Below, one piece after another: positions 41,286 through 51,291 of a stretch of 64,000 nucleotides of DNA. Every line of letters begins with the position of its first letter. Within the stretch, counting starts at the first letter, position 1. The notes beneath the pieces were generated by a model. It was given only the letters and a program-made list of their open reading frames with translations, had not been told where the DNA came from and ran no database searches. The translations under genes were made by a program, and so were the position numbers. This DNA comes from Roseinatronobacter sp. (GTDB lineage: Bacteria; Pseudomonadota; Alphaproteobacteria; Rhodobacterales; Rhodobacteraceae): positions 33,268 to 97,267 of the forward strand of contig JBKBLP010000007.1 in the NCBI GenBank assembly GCA_046296275.1. Direction: 5' to 3'.

Positions 41286-41358
41286 TGTGGCACCTCTTTT
41301 TGGCTGTCGCTAAGGGCAGGATGCCAATCAAAGAATAATAATCAATGAAAACATCCTG

Positions 41359-41385
41359 TTGGCACTATCCGCGGGCGGCTGCCAA
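41359..41385. promoter_or_regulatory. degenerate CIRCE (HrcA operator) in the usg/gyrA divergent region
   Basis: TTGGCACTA-N9-GGCTGCCAA versus consensus TTAGCACTC-N9-GAGTGCTAA. Confidence 0.55.
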
Positions 41386-41478
41386 TGCCCAGTGCCCCTT
41401 GCTGTTGCACCCCCACGGCGGCTTGTTTAAAGTGCCGCAAAGCGCGCGCTTCCGCGATGCAGAAAAGACGAGGCCAAG

Positions 41479-44199
41479 GTGACAGATACTCCCGAAACCC
41501 CTGAAATCCTTGACGAAACGCCGCCCAATCCGCCCAGCGGGCCGAGCGTGTCGATCACGCAGGAGATGCGCGCTTCTTATCTCGATTACGCGATGAGCGT
41601 GATTGTCAGCCGCGCGATCCCTGATTTGCGGGACGGCTTAAAACCTGTGCATCGGCGTATTTTGTATGCGATGTCGGAAACTGGCAACACGCATGACAAG
41701 CCCTATCGCAAATCCGCGCGGCCTGTGGGCGATGTGATGGGGAAATACCACCCGCATGGCGACAGCGCGATTTATGACGCGTTGGTGCGGATGGCGCAGC
41801 CATTTTCCATGTCGCTCAAACTGCTGGATGGGCAGGGGAATTTCGGGTCCATGGACGGCGACAACCCGGCGGCGATGCGCTATACCGAAGTGCGCATGGA
41901 CAAGCCTGCCGCGTTTTTGCTGGCCGATATCGACAAGGACACAGTCGATTTTCAGGACAATTACGATGGCAAGGACCGCGAGCCCACGGTTCTGCCCGCG
42001 CGTTTCCCGAATATGCTGGTCAATGGTGCGGGCGGGATTGCGGTCGGCATGGCGACGAACATCCCGCCGCATAACTTGGGCGAGGTGATCGATGCGACGC
42101 TAGCGCTGATCGAGAATCCCGACCTGACATCCGAAGACCTGATGACCTATGTCCCGGCGCCCGATTTCCCCACGGGCGCGCTGATCCTTGGCCGTTCCGG
42201 CGCGCGCAAGGCGTATCTGGAAGGGCGCGGGTCTGTGATCATCCGCGCGCGCACTCATGTCGAAGAAGTGCGCAAGGACCGCTACGCCATCGTGGTCGAT
42301 GAAATTCCCTATCAGGTAAATAAATCGACAATGGTCGAGAAAATTGCCGATGCCGTGCGCGACAAGCGGATCGAGGGGATTTCGTCAGTGGCGGACGAAT
42401 CCGACCGAACGGGTGTGCGGGTTGTGGTGGAACTGAAGCGCGACGCCACGGCCGATGTGGTGCTGAACCAGCTCTTCCGCTTCACACCGATGCAGACAAG
42501 CTTCGGCTGCAACATGCTCGCGCTGAACGGGGGGCGGCCCGAGCAATTGACCTTGCGCGATTTCCTGAGCGCGTTCGTGGGCTTTCGCGAAGAAGTGGTT
42601 ACGCGGCGCACCGCGTTTGAACTCAACAAAGCGCGCGAACGCTCGCACCTGCTCTGTGGTCTGGCGGTCGCCGTGTCGAATGTGGACGAAGTCGTGGCGA
42701 CGATCCGAAGCTCCGCCGACCCGGCCGAGGCGCGCGAGCGACTGATGACGCGGCGCTGGCCCGCCCATGACATCGCGCCTTTCATCCGCCTGATCGACGA
42801 TCCCAGCCACACGATCAACGATGATGGCACCTATAACCTGTCCGAAGTGCAGGCGCGTGCGATCCTTGATTTGCGTTTGCAGCGCCTGACGGCGATGGGG
42901 GTGAAGGAGATCACGGACGAGCTGGAAAGCCTGGCCGCCAAGATCACCGATTATCTGGACATCCTGCGCTCGCGCGCCCGCGTGATGGAGATCATTTCCA
43001 CCGAATTGCGCGAAATCCGCGATGCCTTCGCCGTGCCCCGCCGCACCGAGATCATGGATTGGTCCGGTGATATGGAAGACGAGGACCTTATCGAGCGTGA
43101 AGATATGGTCGTGACGGTGACAGCCGGAGGCTACATCAAGCGCACGCCCCTGGCCGAATTCCGCGCCCAGCGCCGCGGCGGCAAGGGGCTGTCGAGCATG
43201 TCCACCAAAGATGATGATGTGGTCACGCAGCTTTTCGTGGCCAATACCCACACACAGCTTCTGTTCTTCACAACGGACGGCATGGCCTATAAGCTGAAAA
43301 CATGGCGGCTGCCGCTTGCCGGGCGCAATGCGCGCGGCAAGGCGATGGTCAATATTCTGCCGATTGAGCAAGGGGTGAGCATTGCCGCGATCATGCCGGT
43401 CGAGCGGCCAGAGGAAGAATGGGAAGCGCTGCAAATCGTCTTTGCCACATCCGAGGGCGATGTGCGGCGCAATGCGCTGTCGGATTTCACCAATGTCCTG
43501 CGCAATGGCAAGATCGCGATGAAACTGCCGGACGGTGTCAGCTTGGTGAATGCGCGCATTTGCGACGAAGACGATGACGTGATGCTGGTGACGGCCCTTG
43601 GTCGCGCGATCCGCTTCCCGACGACAGATGTGCGCGTGTTCAAGGGCCGCGATTCGACGGGTGTGCGCGGGGTGAAGCTCGCCGATGGGGACCGGGTCGT
43701 GTCGATGGCGGTGATCCGCCACTTTGAAGCGACGCCCGAAGAACGCGCCACCTATCTGAAAATGCGCCGCGCCATGGCCGGTGTAACCGAAGATGAGGGC
43801 GAGGATGAAGAGGACGCCAACGAGGCCGCGCTCTCGCCCGAGCGTTACGCAGAAATGTCCGCGGCCGAGGATCTAATCCTGACAATCACCGAAAACGGTA
43901 TGGGCAAGCTGTCATCTTCGCACAATTACCCGGTGCGCGGGCGCGGGGGGATGGGTGTCGCTGCTATGGATCGCGCAATGCGGGGCGGTTCATTGATCGC
44001 CTGCTTCCCGGTCGAGATGTCGGATCAAGTGATGCTTGCGACGTCGACAGGGCAGAGCATTCGGGTGCCGGTCGAAGGAATTTCCTTCCGCTCCCGGTCT
44101 GCGGGCGGTGTGCGGGTCTTTGCCACTGGGGCAGGCGAGCGCGTCGTGTCTGTGGCGCGTGTGGCCGAAACCGAAGAGGATGGCGAGCCCGGCACATGA
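41479..44199 (+). CDS. gyrA: DNA gyrase subunit A
   Basis: [31 protein letters not shown]; the GyrA-box QRRGGKG distinguishes it from ParC. Confidence 0.98.
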   Translation: MTDTPETPEILDETPPNPPSGPSVSITQEMRASYLDYAMSVIVSRAIPDLRDGLKPVHRRILYAMSETGNTHDKPYRKSARPVGDVMGKYHPHGDSAIYDALVRMAQPFSMSLKLLDGQGNFGSMDGDNPAAMRYTEVRMDKPAAFLLADIDKDTVDFQDNYDGKDREPTVLPARFPNMLVNGAGGIAVGMATNIPPHNLGEVIDATLALIENPDLTSEDLMTYVPAPDFPTGALILGRSGARKAYLEGRGSVIIRARTHVEEVRKDRYAIVVDEIPYQVNKSTMVEKIADAVRDKRIEGISSVADESDRTGVRVVVELKRDATADVVLNQLFRFTPMQTSFGCNMLALNGGRPEQLTLRDFLSAFVGFREEVVTRRTAFELNKARERSHLLCGLAVAVSNVDEVVATIRSSADPAEARERLMTRRWPAHDIAPFIRLIDDPSHTINDDGTYNLSEVQARAILDLRLQRLTAMGVKEITDELESLAAKITDYLDILRSRARVMEIISTELREIRDAFAVPRRTEIMDWSGDMEDEDLIEREDMVVTVTAGGYIKRTPLAEFRAQRRGGKGLSSMSTKDDDVVTQLFVANTHTQLLFFTTDGMAYKLKTWRLPLAGRNARGKAMVNILPIEQGVSIAAIMPVERPEEEWEALQIVFATSEGDVRRNALSDFTNVLRNGKIAMKLPDGVSLVNARICDEDDDVMLVTALGRAIRFPTTDVRVFKGRDSTGVRGVKLADGDRVVSMAVIRHFEATPEERATYLKMRRAMAGVTEDEGEDEEDANEAALSPERYAEMSAAEDLILTITENGMGKLSSSHNYPVRGRGGMGVAAMDRAMRGGSLIACFPVEMSDQVMLATSTGQSIRVPVEGISFRSRSAGGVRVFATGAGERVVSVARVAETEEDGEPGT

Positions 44200-44522
44200 T
44201 CGCCGGGCTTGACGCCGCTCTGGCGGACCTGGCCGCCCGTCAGACGGTGACAACCTATGGCGCGCTTGCCGCGCAACTGGGGCTTGACGGGCCGGGCCGC
44301 ATTGCGCGCCTGACCGATGCGCTGGAAGCAAGCATGATGCAGGACGCGCAAGCCGGACGCCCTTTGCGCGCGGCACGGGTGTTAAGCAGGGCATCGGACG
44401 GTTTGCCCGCGCGCGGGTTTTTTCAGGTTGCGCAGGCGCTTGGCCTGTATCACGGCCCAGCAGACGGGCCAGAGGCGCGCGCATTTCACGCCCGTCAGCT
44501 TGCAAGCTTCACGCTTGATTAA
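44196..44522 (+). CDS. small hypothetical protein coupled to gyrA
   Basis: ATGA overlap; [11 protein letters not shown]...GRPL...GLPARGFF. Confidence 0.7.
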   Translation: MIAGLDAALADLAARQTVTTYGALAAQLGLDGPGRIARLTDALEASMMQDAQAGRPLRAARVLSRASDGLPARGFFQVAQALGLYHGPADGPEARAFHARQLASFTLD

Positions 44523-44564
44523 GAGCTTTGCCCTAACATAGCGCAAAGCAAGAGCGAGGAGCGC

Positions 44565-45032
44565 ATGACACGCGGCGAAATTCCGTTTTTACCGAGCGAG
44601 TCAAGCGGAGTGACCAGCGACTGGATTGTGCTGTCCTTCGCGATGATTGTCATTGTGGGCTTCGTGGTCGCTATGGCGCTTGATGGTTCGATTACTTTGG
44701 CCGACTCTGTCATGGAACCTCTCGCAAAAGCTGAAATAGCGGCTTTGCTGTTGATCCCGGCTTGCGTGTCGCCCTTGGCCTTCATTCGACCCCCGATCCG
44801 CTCGATCCTGCGGCCCAGCCACCAGTTTGACTGGCCAAACGCTGTAAGTCCTGCAAGATATAAACGCGGATGGCAGAGGCGAGTCCATTTCCACGCCGAT
44901 CATTGTCAATGCGCGCGGCGAGTTCGTTCAAGGTCAGCCCTTCACGTGTCGCAATGCCGCGAAAGGCTGACCAAAAGGCTGCTTCCAAAGAGACTGAGGT
45001 GCGATGCCCTCGCAGTGTCAGCGAGTGCTTGA
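44565..45032 (+). CDS. Flp-pilin-like protein, possibly degenerate (stop lost)
   Basis: GAGGAG RBS; FLPSESSGVTSDWIVLSFAMIVIVGFVV resembles the F..DESGAVTVDWVVL pilin-like motif; the 3' part overlaps an antisense gene. Confidence 0.4.
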   Translation: MTRGEIPFLPSESSGVTSDWIVLSFAMIVIVGFVVAMALDGSITLADSVMEPLAKAEIAALLLIPACVSPLAFIRPPIRSILRPSHQFDWPNAVSPARYKRGWQRRVHFHADHCQCARRVRSRSALHVSQCRERLTKRLLPKRLRCDALAVSASA

Positions 45033-45063
45033 CGGGACGACTGGGTTCTTCATCGCTAGACAT
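44782..45063 (-). CDS. ribbon-helix-helix domain protein
   Basis: PVKHSLTLRGHRTSVSLEAAFW...LASAIRVYIL. Confidence 0.88.
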   Translation of the reverse strand: MSSDEEPSRPVKHSLTLRGHRTSVSLEAAFWSAFRGIATREGLTLNELAARIDNDRRGNGLASAIRVYILQDLQRLASQTGGWAAGSSGSGVE

Positions 45064-45247
45064 GGGAATGAAAATTCATCACGGCGGACCAAAGAGCGGC
45101 GAGCAGATACAATGTGTCACCCAAGATCGGGCGCTTAAATGAGAGTTTGCAGAAAATCGCGTGACTGAATGGCACGGTAGTCGCAGGCAATGGGCACATG
45201 GTCTGAATTCCTGTGGCGTATTCTCAATATTGTTTCGCCTATGGTTC

Positions 45248-45499
45248 TCACTGTCCCGGCGCAATGCCGTCATCATGCAAGTCAGTTGGCAGAACGCCGT
45301 CAAACTTGGCTGCGCTATTTGACGTGTCGCTGCGTTTGTGGCCATCCAGATATGCTTGCGCCTTCGCGCTCTCTGACGCCCGCTGGTGCCGCTCGGTTTT
45401 GCTTTGCCCGTGACGTGCCGCCGCTTCTGCCCCGGAGCGTCGTTTCGCGTCCCGGGCGGCTTGTTTCCGATATTGGCGCAAATTGATGAGCTCGGCCAT
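45248..45499 (-). CDS. DUF4169 family protein
   Basis: MAELINLRQYRKQAAR...ARHGQSKTER...LDGHKR. Confidence 0.82.
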   Translation of the reverse strand: MAELINLRQYRKQAARDAKRRSGAEAAARHGQSKTERHQRASESAKAQAYLDGHKRSDTSNSAAKFDGVLPTDLHDDGIAPGQ

Positions 45500-45680
45500 G
45501 GTGCAGGCTTTCTGACGCATTAGGTTTCCGGCGAAGGGTCAATGACAAGGCGCAGGCAACGAAAGTTACGCAATTTCAGCGGATGTTGATAGACTTTCGT
45601 CACCAGAATTTTCGGCTGAATCGTTTGCCGCGCGCGGCAATCTTTCGTGGCCTGTCTGCGTCATCGGGTACCGTTGGGGC

Positions 45681-46832
45681 TCATTTGGCGACAGGTTCTG
45701 GCACAGGCGCGTCCGAGGGCGTGACCAGGGCCGAGGCGTTTTTCTGCCTGATCCGCGCCGCCGCATCGTCATAGACAAAGGGCAAGAACGCATAGCGCCG
45801 CCCGCCTGTCACAGGGGTAACCCGGTGCAAAAGCGAGCAAGAGAATACGACCGCCGCACCCGTTGGCGCTTTGAAACTGCGTGGGCCATATTCGGGGAAA
45901 CAGACCTCGCCGCCGTCAAAATCGTTATTCAGGTTAATTGATATCGCAAAACGGCGATGCGCTGTTCCCAAAGTGGTATTATCGCGGTGGGCCGAGAAAT
46001 GCCCCCCATCTTCCGCCGCATAGCAAGAGACGATGTAGCGCTCCATACGAGTGATCTGGAACTGGTGAACCTTGGCGATTTCTGGGACGACCCGCCGCAC
46101 GATACGCGCTTGACAAGCTGCGATGACCTTGTCTTCAGTGATTGTGTAATCGCGCCGCTTCTTGAAGTTGGGGTCATGGACACCCACTGTTTTGCCACCG
46201 ATCTGGCGCATGAATCCGCTTTCTTCCCCGCCATTCGACTCATAAAGCCCGATCAGATGCTGGCAAAACTCTGGTTCAAATACGCGCGGCAGCAACAGAA
46301 TCGGGGCCATGATAACCTGACCCGTATGCTGCTCGGGTGGGGGCAGGGCGCTGATCAAGGCGATCAATGCGTCGATATCGCCGCGATCAGGACGAAAGGG
46401 CAGCACCGTATGCACGCGCATCGAGGGGTCCACCACCACCCATTGCCGGACCATTCGGATCGTCCCCGCGGCACCGTTCGGATCAGGCAGCACCACGCCA
46501 TAACGTTTTGAAACAGTTTGATCGAAATCCCAGAAGTGCCGATGGCCCGGAATGCTATTTTGGATATGCCCTTCGTGCTCGTCGCGCGGATCAAGGCTGA
46601 CGCCAAAGAACGAGGCTCTGACATCATTGAATAAATCAGGCCGCGCCATGACGGCTTGCAAGGCGGCTGTGCTGTGCTCGTCTTTTCCGCTGCCGTAGAA
46701 ACACAGCACCAGATACCGCCCCGCAGCGGAGTCAAAGCTGTATTGCGGATTACCCATGCAGCGCTGTTTGAAAGACGGCGCCGCGTCGCCGGGGGTGAGC
46801 ATGGTTGTCCGGTCGATGGAAAGATCGATCAT
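45681..46832 (-). CDS. AhpC/TSA redoxin-like domain fused to 2OG-Fe(II) oxygenase
   Basis: N-terminal LTPGDAAPSF...GRYLVLCFY...FFGVSLD; C-terminal HRD...FDGGE...LLHRVTPV..GRR (HxD..H..R); start at 46832 or 46802. Confidence 0.85.
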   Translation of the reverse strand: MIDLSIDRTTMLTPGDAAPSFKQRCMGNPQYSFDSAAGRYLVLCFYGSGKDEHSTAALQAVMARPDLFNDVRASFFGVSLDPRDEHEGHIQNSIPGHRHFWDFDQTVSKRYGVVLPDPNGAAGTIRMVRQWVVVDPSMRVHTVLPFRPDRGDIDALIALISALPPPEQHTGQVIMAPILLLPRVFEPEFCQHLIGLYESNGGEESGFMRQIGGKTVGVHDPNFKKRRDYTITEDKVIAACQARIVRRVVPEIAKVHQFQITRMERYIVSCYAAEDGGHFSAHRDNTTLGTAHRRFAISINLNNDFDGGEVCFPEYGPRSFKAPTGAAVVFSCSLLHRVTPVTGGRRYAFLPFVYDDAAARIRQKNASALVTPSDAPVPEPVAK

Positions 46833-46992
46833 GCAAAAAACCCTGCGTGAATGTCGCAACCAATTGCACAGGAAGGCGGGTGTAACGGTCAAGTTTTTTC
46901 GGACCAAGATAACGGAAATTTGAAGCGACCCGCGCAGGGTCACGCGGGCCGGTTTTTCCGTTTCAGTCCAGCAGCCGTGCCGAAAGACAGGG

Positions 46993-48387
46993 TCAGCCCT
47001 TGGGGCTGATCATATCTTCTGGTCGCACCACACGGTCGAATGTTTCGCCATCGACAAAGCCCAGAGCGATGGCTTCCTCGCGCAGGGTGGTGCCGTTTTT
47101 GTGCGCGGTCTTGGCGACTTTGGTGGCGTTGTCATAGCCAATCGTTGGTGCCAAGGCTGTGACCAGCATCAGCGATTCTTTCATCAATTTGTCGATGCGG
47201 GCGACATTGGCCTGCGTGCCCACCACCATGTTGTCAGTGAAAGACCCGGCTGCGTCGCCCAGAAGCTGCATGGATTGCAGCACGTTATAGGACATCATCG
47301 GGTTATAGACGTTCAGTTCGAAATGGCCCTGCGATCCGGCAAAGCCCACAGCCGCGTCATTGCCCATGACATGCGCGCAGACCATGGTCAGCGCCTCGGC
47401 CTGAGTCGGGTTGACCTTGCCCGGCATGATGCTGGAGCCCGGTTCATTTTCCGGCAAGATCAGTTCCCCAAGACCCGAGCGCGGGCCAGAGCCCAGCAGC
47501 CGCATGTCGTTGGCGATCTTGAACAGCGATGCCGCGACTGTTTTCAGCGCGCCTGAAAACATCACCATCGCGTCATGCGCGGCCAGCGCCTCGAATTTGT
47601 TGGGCGCGGTCACAAACGGCAGGCCGGTGATCGCGGCGATCTCGGCCGCCACGCGCGTATCCCAGCCCACGCGCGTATTCAGCCCGGTGCCGACCGCCGT
47701 GCCGCCTTGGGCCAGCTCATAGATGTCGGGCAGGCAGGCTTCGACGCGCGCAATGCCCTTGGCGACTTGATGCGCATAGCCGCCAAATTCCTGACCGAGC
47801 GTCAGCGGGGTGGCATCCTGCGTGTGCGTGCGCCCGATCTTGATGATATCCTTGAATTCTTCGGATTTCGCCACCAGTGCGGCATGCAGTTTGCGCAGGC
47901 CCGGCAACAGCACATCACGCGCAAGCATTCCGATGGCCACATGCATGGCCGTGGGGAAGGTGTCGTTGGACGATTGCCCCATATTCACATGGTCATTGGG
48001 GTGGACAGGCTTCTTCGACCCCATCACACCGCCCAGCATTTCGATAGCTCGATTGCTGATGACTTCGTTGGCGTTCATGTTCGACTGCGTGCCGGACCCG
48101 GTCTGCCATACGACCAGCGGGAAATTGTCGTCGAACTTGCCGTCGATCACTTCCTGCGCTGCGGCGGCAATCGCATCGGCAAGGGCAGCGTCCATGTCGC
48201 CTTGGGCCTTGTTCACCAGCGCGCAGGCTTTCTTGATCACGCCCAGTGCGCGGATGATCGGCACCGGCTGGCGTTCCCAGCCAATCGGAAAATTCTGGAT
48301 CGAGCGCTGCGTTTGCGCCCCCCAATACTTGTCAGAGGGCACGTCCAGCGGGCCAAAGCTGTCGGTTTCTGTGCGGATGGCGGTCAT
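46993..48387 (-). CDS. fumC: class II fumarate hydratase
   Basis: [38 protein letters not shown]. Confidence 0.98.
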   Translation of the reverse strand: MTAIRTETDSFGPLDVPSDKYWGAQTQRSIQNFPIGWERQPVPIIRALGVIKKACALVNKAQGDMDAALADAIAAAAQEVIDGKFDDNFPLVVWQTGSGTQSNMNANEVISNRAIEMLGGVMGSKKPVHPNDHVNMGQSSNDTFPTAMHVAIGMLARDVLLPGLRKLHAALVAKSEEFKDIIKIGRTHTQDATPLTLGQEFGGYAHQVAKGIARVEACLPDIYELAQGGTAVGTGLNTRVGWDTRVAAEIAAITGLPFVTAPNKFEALAAHDAMVMFSGALKTVAASLFKIANDMRLLGSGPRSGLGELILPENEPGSSIMPGKVNPTQAEALTMVCAHVMGNDAAVGFAGSQGHFELNVYNPMMSYNVLQSMQLLGDAAGSFTDNMVVGTQANVARIDKLMKESLMLVTALAPTIGYDNATKVAKTAHKNGTTLREEAIALGFVDGETFDRVVRPEDMISPKG

Positions 48388-48465
48388 GGCAAGCTCCGGG
48401 TTCAAGCGTTTGCCTGTCCTTAGCCGCTGTGCTGGGGGAAATCAATCGGTATGCAATCGCATACG

Positions 48466-48921
48466 TTACTTGCGGAACTTGTCGAGGCTTACGACCTCTG
48501 CCCCTTTTTCCGGCGTGCCGTCAGTGTCGAGCATGGGGGCCTCTTCGTCCTCATCCTCGTCGTCATCCCGGTGCAGTTCAAACCGCAGGCCAAATTCAAC
48601 GGATGGATCGACGAAAGTCGATATCGCATCGAACGGGATGTAGAGCGGTTCCGGCGAATTGCCGAAGTTTAGCGTGATGGCGAAGCCGTCATCATCGACG
48701 GCAAGGTTTTCATACCAATGCTGGATGATCAGTGTGATCTCTTCAGGGTAGCGCGCACGCAGCCAGTCGGCCATGCCTGTATCGGGATGCGTTGTATCGA
48801 CGGTGATGAAAAAATGATGATCGCCCGGCAAGCCATGTTGCGCGACACGCGCCATAACGTTGCGGATCAGCCCCCGCATCGCGTCGTGCATCAGATTGCC
48901 GTAGTCGATTCCGCCGCTCAT
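48466..48921 (-). CDS. sspB: ClpXP adaptor SspB (alphaproteobacterial type)
   Basis: GLPGDHHFFIT, YPEEITLIIQHW, FVDPSVEFGLRF, C-terminal VVSLDKFRK; close to ssrA. Confidence 0.92.
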   Translation of the reverse strand: MSGGIDYGNLMHDAMRGLIRNVMARVAQHGLPGDHHFFITVDTTHPDTGMADWLRARYPEEITLIIQHWYENLAVDDDGFAITLNFGNSPEPLYIPFDAISTFVDPSVEFGLRFELHRDDDEDEDEEAPMLDTDGTPEKGAEVVSLDKFRK

Positions 48922-49157
48922 GCGTGCTCCTGTCTTATCTGCACCATAGGGAATTGGCGCGCGAAAGGAAGCCCTTCAAGCATCGGTGGCGACAAAAATC
49001 TATTGCAGTGATCATTGTTGAGCGCTCTGACAGAAGGCATCAGTACGATGTCCACAATTCTGCGAATGCGCCCCCGCTACTGATTGACACTGCGGCGCGC
49101 TGTGCTCACTTTCGCGCAGCATTGAGGTTAACATTAGGCAAGAGGAGTCAGCTCTGC

Positions 49158-50105
49158 ATGTCCGCGCCTGTGTTAGAGCCTGCCCCGTGTCCTTCCCTTG
49201 GGCCAAAATGGGTTGATGTTCCGTGCGACTGGTGCAGGCCAGATGTCACGTTGCGTTACACTGTTTATTTTGACGCTGCCCTTGGATACGGCCAAGTTTG
49301 GCCAAGGCCCTCGGCCGACGAAATTGCGCGGGCCTATGACGTGGAAGAATACTACACGCATCACCTTGCCAAAGGCACCACGCAAGCAAGGGTGCCTGTG
49401 ATGGATCGCATCTTGAACAGGTTGGCGTGGTCGCGCGATCATGGGGTTGATGCGGATCGTGACTGGTGGATCAGAGTGCTGGGCTCTGAACCGCTTCGCA
49501 TCCTCGAAATCGGCTGCGGGAATGGTGCGAATTTGGCGTTGCTCCAGTCGCTTGGGCATAACGTGACCGGCATAGAGCCTGACCCTGCCGCGCGCCGTCT
49601 AGCCTTGGGACGTGGTTTGACCATTCTGGAGGGACACGCCGAAACACTGCCAGATGCCGTGCTGGCGCAGACCTTCGACCTCATCATGTTCATGCATGTG
49701 CTCGAACATTGCATTTTGCCGACCCGCGCATTGGAGCAGGCACGCAACCTTCTCTCCCCTGGGGGGCGAATGGTGATCGAGGTGCCCAATTCCGATTGCC
49801 TTGGCCATGCCCATTTCGGAGCCCTCTGGTTCTGGCTGGACGTCCCGCGCCATCTGAACTTTTTTACGCCCCGCGCGCTTGAGCGTATGCTCGCCGATAT
49901 CGGCATGACGCGCGACAGTCTGGAATTCACAGGCTATGTGCGCGGTTTTCAGCCGGGATGGCGGCGAATGCAGGATCAGATTGCGGCCAGCTTTGGTTTG
50001 TCAGCCATCCCGGCCACCCGCTACTGGTCCTATCTGGCACGGACAGCCTTCGCGCAACCAGCGCAGCGCTACGATACATTTCGCATTGTGGCGCGGGTCG
50101 CTTAG
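49158..50105 (+). CDS. class I SAM-dependent methyltransferase
   Basis: RILEIGCGNG, GIEPD, HVLEH, PGGRMVIEVPN, PRHLNFFT; GAGGAG RBS. Confidence 0.85.
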   Translation: MSAPVLEPAPCPSLGPKWVDVPCDWCRPDVTLRYTVYFDAALGYGQVWPRPSADEIARAYDVEEYYTHHLAKGTTQARVPVMDRILNRLAWSRDHGVDADRDWWIRVLGSEPLRILEIGCGNGANLALLQSLGHNVTGIEPDPAARRLALGRGLTILEGHAETLPDAVLAQTFDLIMFMHVLEHCILPTRALEQARNLLSPGGRMVIEVPNSDCLGHAHFGALWFWLDVPRHLNFFTPRALERMLADIGMTRDSLEFTGYVRGFQPGWRRMQDQIAASFGLSAIPATRYWSYLARTAFAQPAQRYDTFRIVARVA

Positions 50106-50206
50106 AGCATGTCGTGTTCATTCGCATTCGCGCGACAGCCTTTAGTTCATTGTTTTAGAGTGTTTTTTTCGCAAAGTCGGTTCCCAGTCTTGCGCAATAT
50201 GCTCTA
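50103..50206. repeat. CIR/RIME/BRU-RS-like miniature inverted-repeat element
   Basis: 104 bp bounded by TAGAGCAT...ATGCTCTA, with two internal imperfect hairpins around a TTTAGTTCATTGTTTTAGAG core. Confidence 0.8.
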
Positions 50207-50890
50207 TGGGTGTGATTGAACATTCCCCGGTCGTGTGCCGATAATCATCGGCGGAGATAATTCGCGCAGCAATTTGCGCCGCATCGCTTCGGCAAATTCG
50301 ACATGGGCGCGGGCCGTGATGACAAAGCCATCGCGCGAAATGACGCGCGTGCGGTAGAAATTCGTGACCGCCTGACCCAAGCCGCGATCTTCGATTGCAA
50401 GCGCGTTGATGGTGATGCCTTGGTCGATCACGGCGCGGCGGTCGAAGGACAGGGTGAAGCCGTCGTTCTCATCCCCATCGCCCGAGATGTCGATCACGCG
50501 GTGCGTGCAATCGGGCACTTGTGCGAACAGCGATGCGGCATGGCGAAGGGCTGCACCAACGCCGGTATTGCTACCTGCAAAGGCACGCGGCATCCGCGAC
50601 AAAGTGGTGGAAAGGGCGGCCACATCGGCGGGTTCTTCAATCCGCGTCCAGGTCTGGCTGACAGTTTGCTCGCGCGCACCAGACCATTGCGTGACGGCAA
50701 TAGCCACACGCCTGTCCACCATCGCTTCGGTCACAGCCGCGTCGCGCATGGCCCAAGCAAGGCCGTCGGTCTGAAGCCGGTATTCGACAGGGTCCACGGA
50801 CCCGGACACGTCCATCGCCAGCACCAGCGCTATGTCACAGGCGCGGGCGGGCAGGGCGATCGCCAGAAGCGGGGAAAGGTAGCGCAGCAT
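50204..50890 (-). CDS. DUF1194 (vWA-like) exported protein
   Basis: signal peptide + CDIALVLAMDVSGSVD, VIDISGDG, GITINALAI, AMRRKLLREL. Confidence 0.88.
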   Translation of the reverse strand: MLRYLSPLLAIALPARACDIALVLAMDVSGSVDPVEYRLQTDGLAWAMRDAAVTEAMVDRRVAIAVTQWSGAREQTVSQTWTRIEEPADVAALSTTLSRMPRAFAGSNTGVGAALRHAASLFAQVPDCTHRVIDISGDGDENDGFTLSFDRRAVIDQGITINALAIEDRGLGQAVTNFYRTRVISRDGFVITARAHVEFAEAMRRKLLRELSPPMIIGTRPGNVQSHP

Positions 50891-50940
50891 TCCCGCGAGC
50901 GTGGCACAAGTGCGGCGCGGCATGGGGTCAAAAGGCTGTG

Positions 50941-51243
50941 AAAGTGCAGGCTTCTGTTGCCAGGTGCCTGCGAACCCCGCCTTACGCGGCTAAGCGCAAG
51001 GACTTAGATTTCGGTTTCGTTACCGCTTACGCAGCAACAGCCACCGGAGCACGGTTGTCATTTGCAACTGTACGTTTTGCACCGATAACGGTGGTGGCTC
51101 ACCGAGACAAAGCTAACCCCTTTACCCGTTCGTCGATCCTGTTTCGACCCCATGATCCCCAAATGAAGGATGTTGGTGGAGCCGCCGGGTACCGCCCCCG
51201 GGTCCGATCCGCTTATTCCGAGCGCGTTTATGTCCATAGTCCC
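50941..51243 (-). ncRNA. ssrA: transfer-messenger RNA, circularly permuted two-piece type
   Basis: Piece ending CCCGGCGGCTCCACCA at 51174, 22-nt intervening segment, then piece starting GGGGTCGAAACAGGATCGAC at 51151; tag ORF ANDNRAPVAVAA* at 51065-51027; outer ends approximate. Confidence 0.95.
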
Positions 51244-51291
51244 TTGCAGGACAGTTCGAATGTAAGCGCCGCGGGGGCGGCTTGCAAGGGG

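Noticed and set aside
41749-41778. Quinolone-resistance substitution in GyrA
   Set aside because: [10 protein letters not shown] retains the Ser83 and Asp87 equivalents.
44519-44537. Full CtrA boxes here, at 49128 and at 54765
   Set aside because: Only half-sites or wrong spacing relative to TTAA-N7-TTAA.
45064-45247. Small ORFs in the DUF4169-RHH gap
   Set aside because: The candidates overlap neighbouring genes and lack an RBS or motifs; left unexplained.
48922-51200. attL/attR duplication of the tmRNA CCA end
   Set aside because: No second copy of GGCTCCACCA was noticed nearby and there is no integrase.
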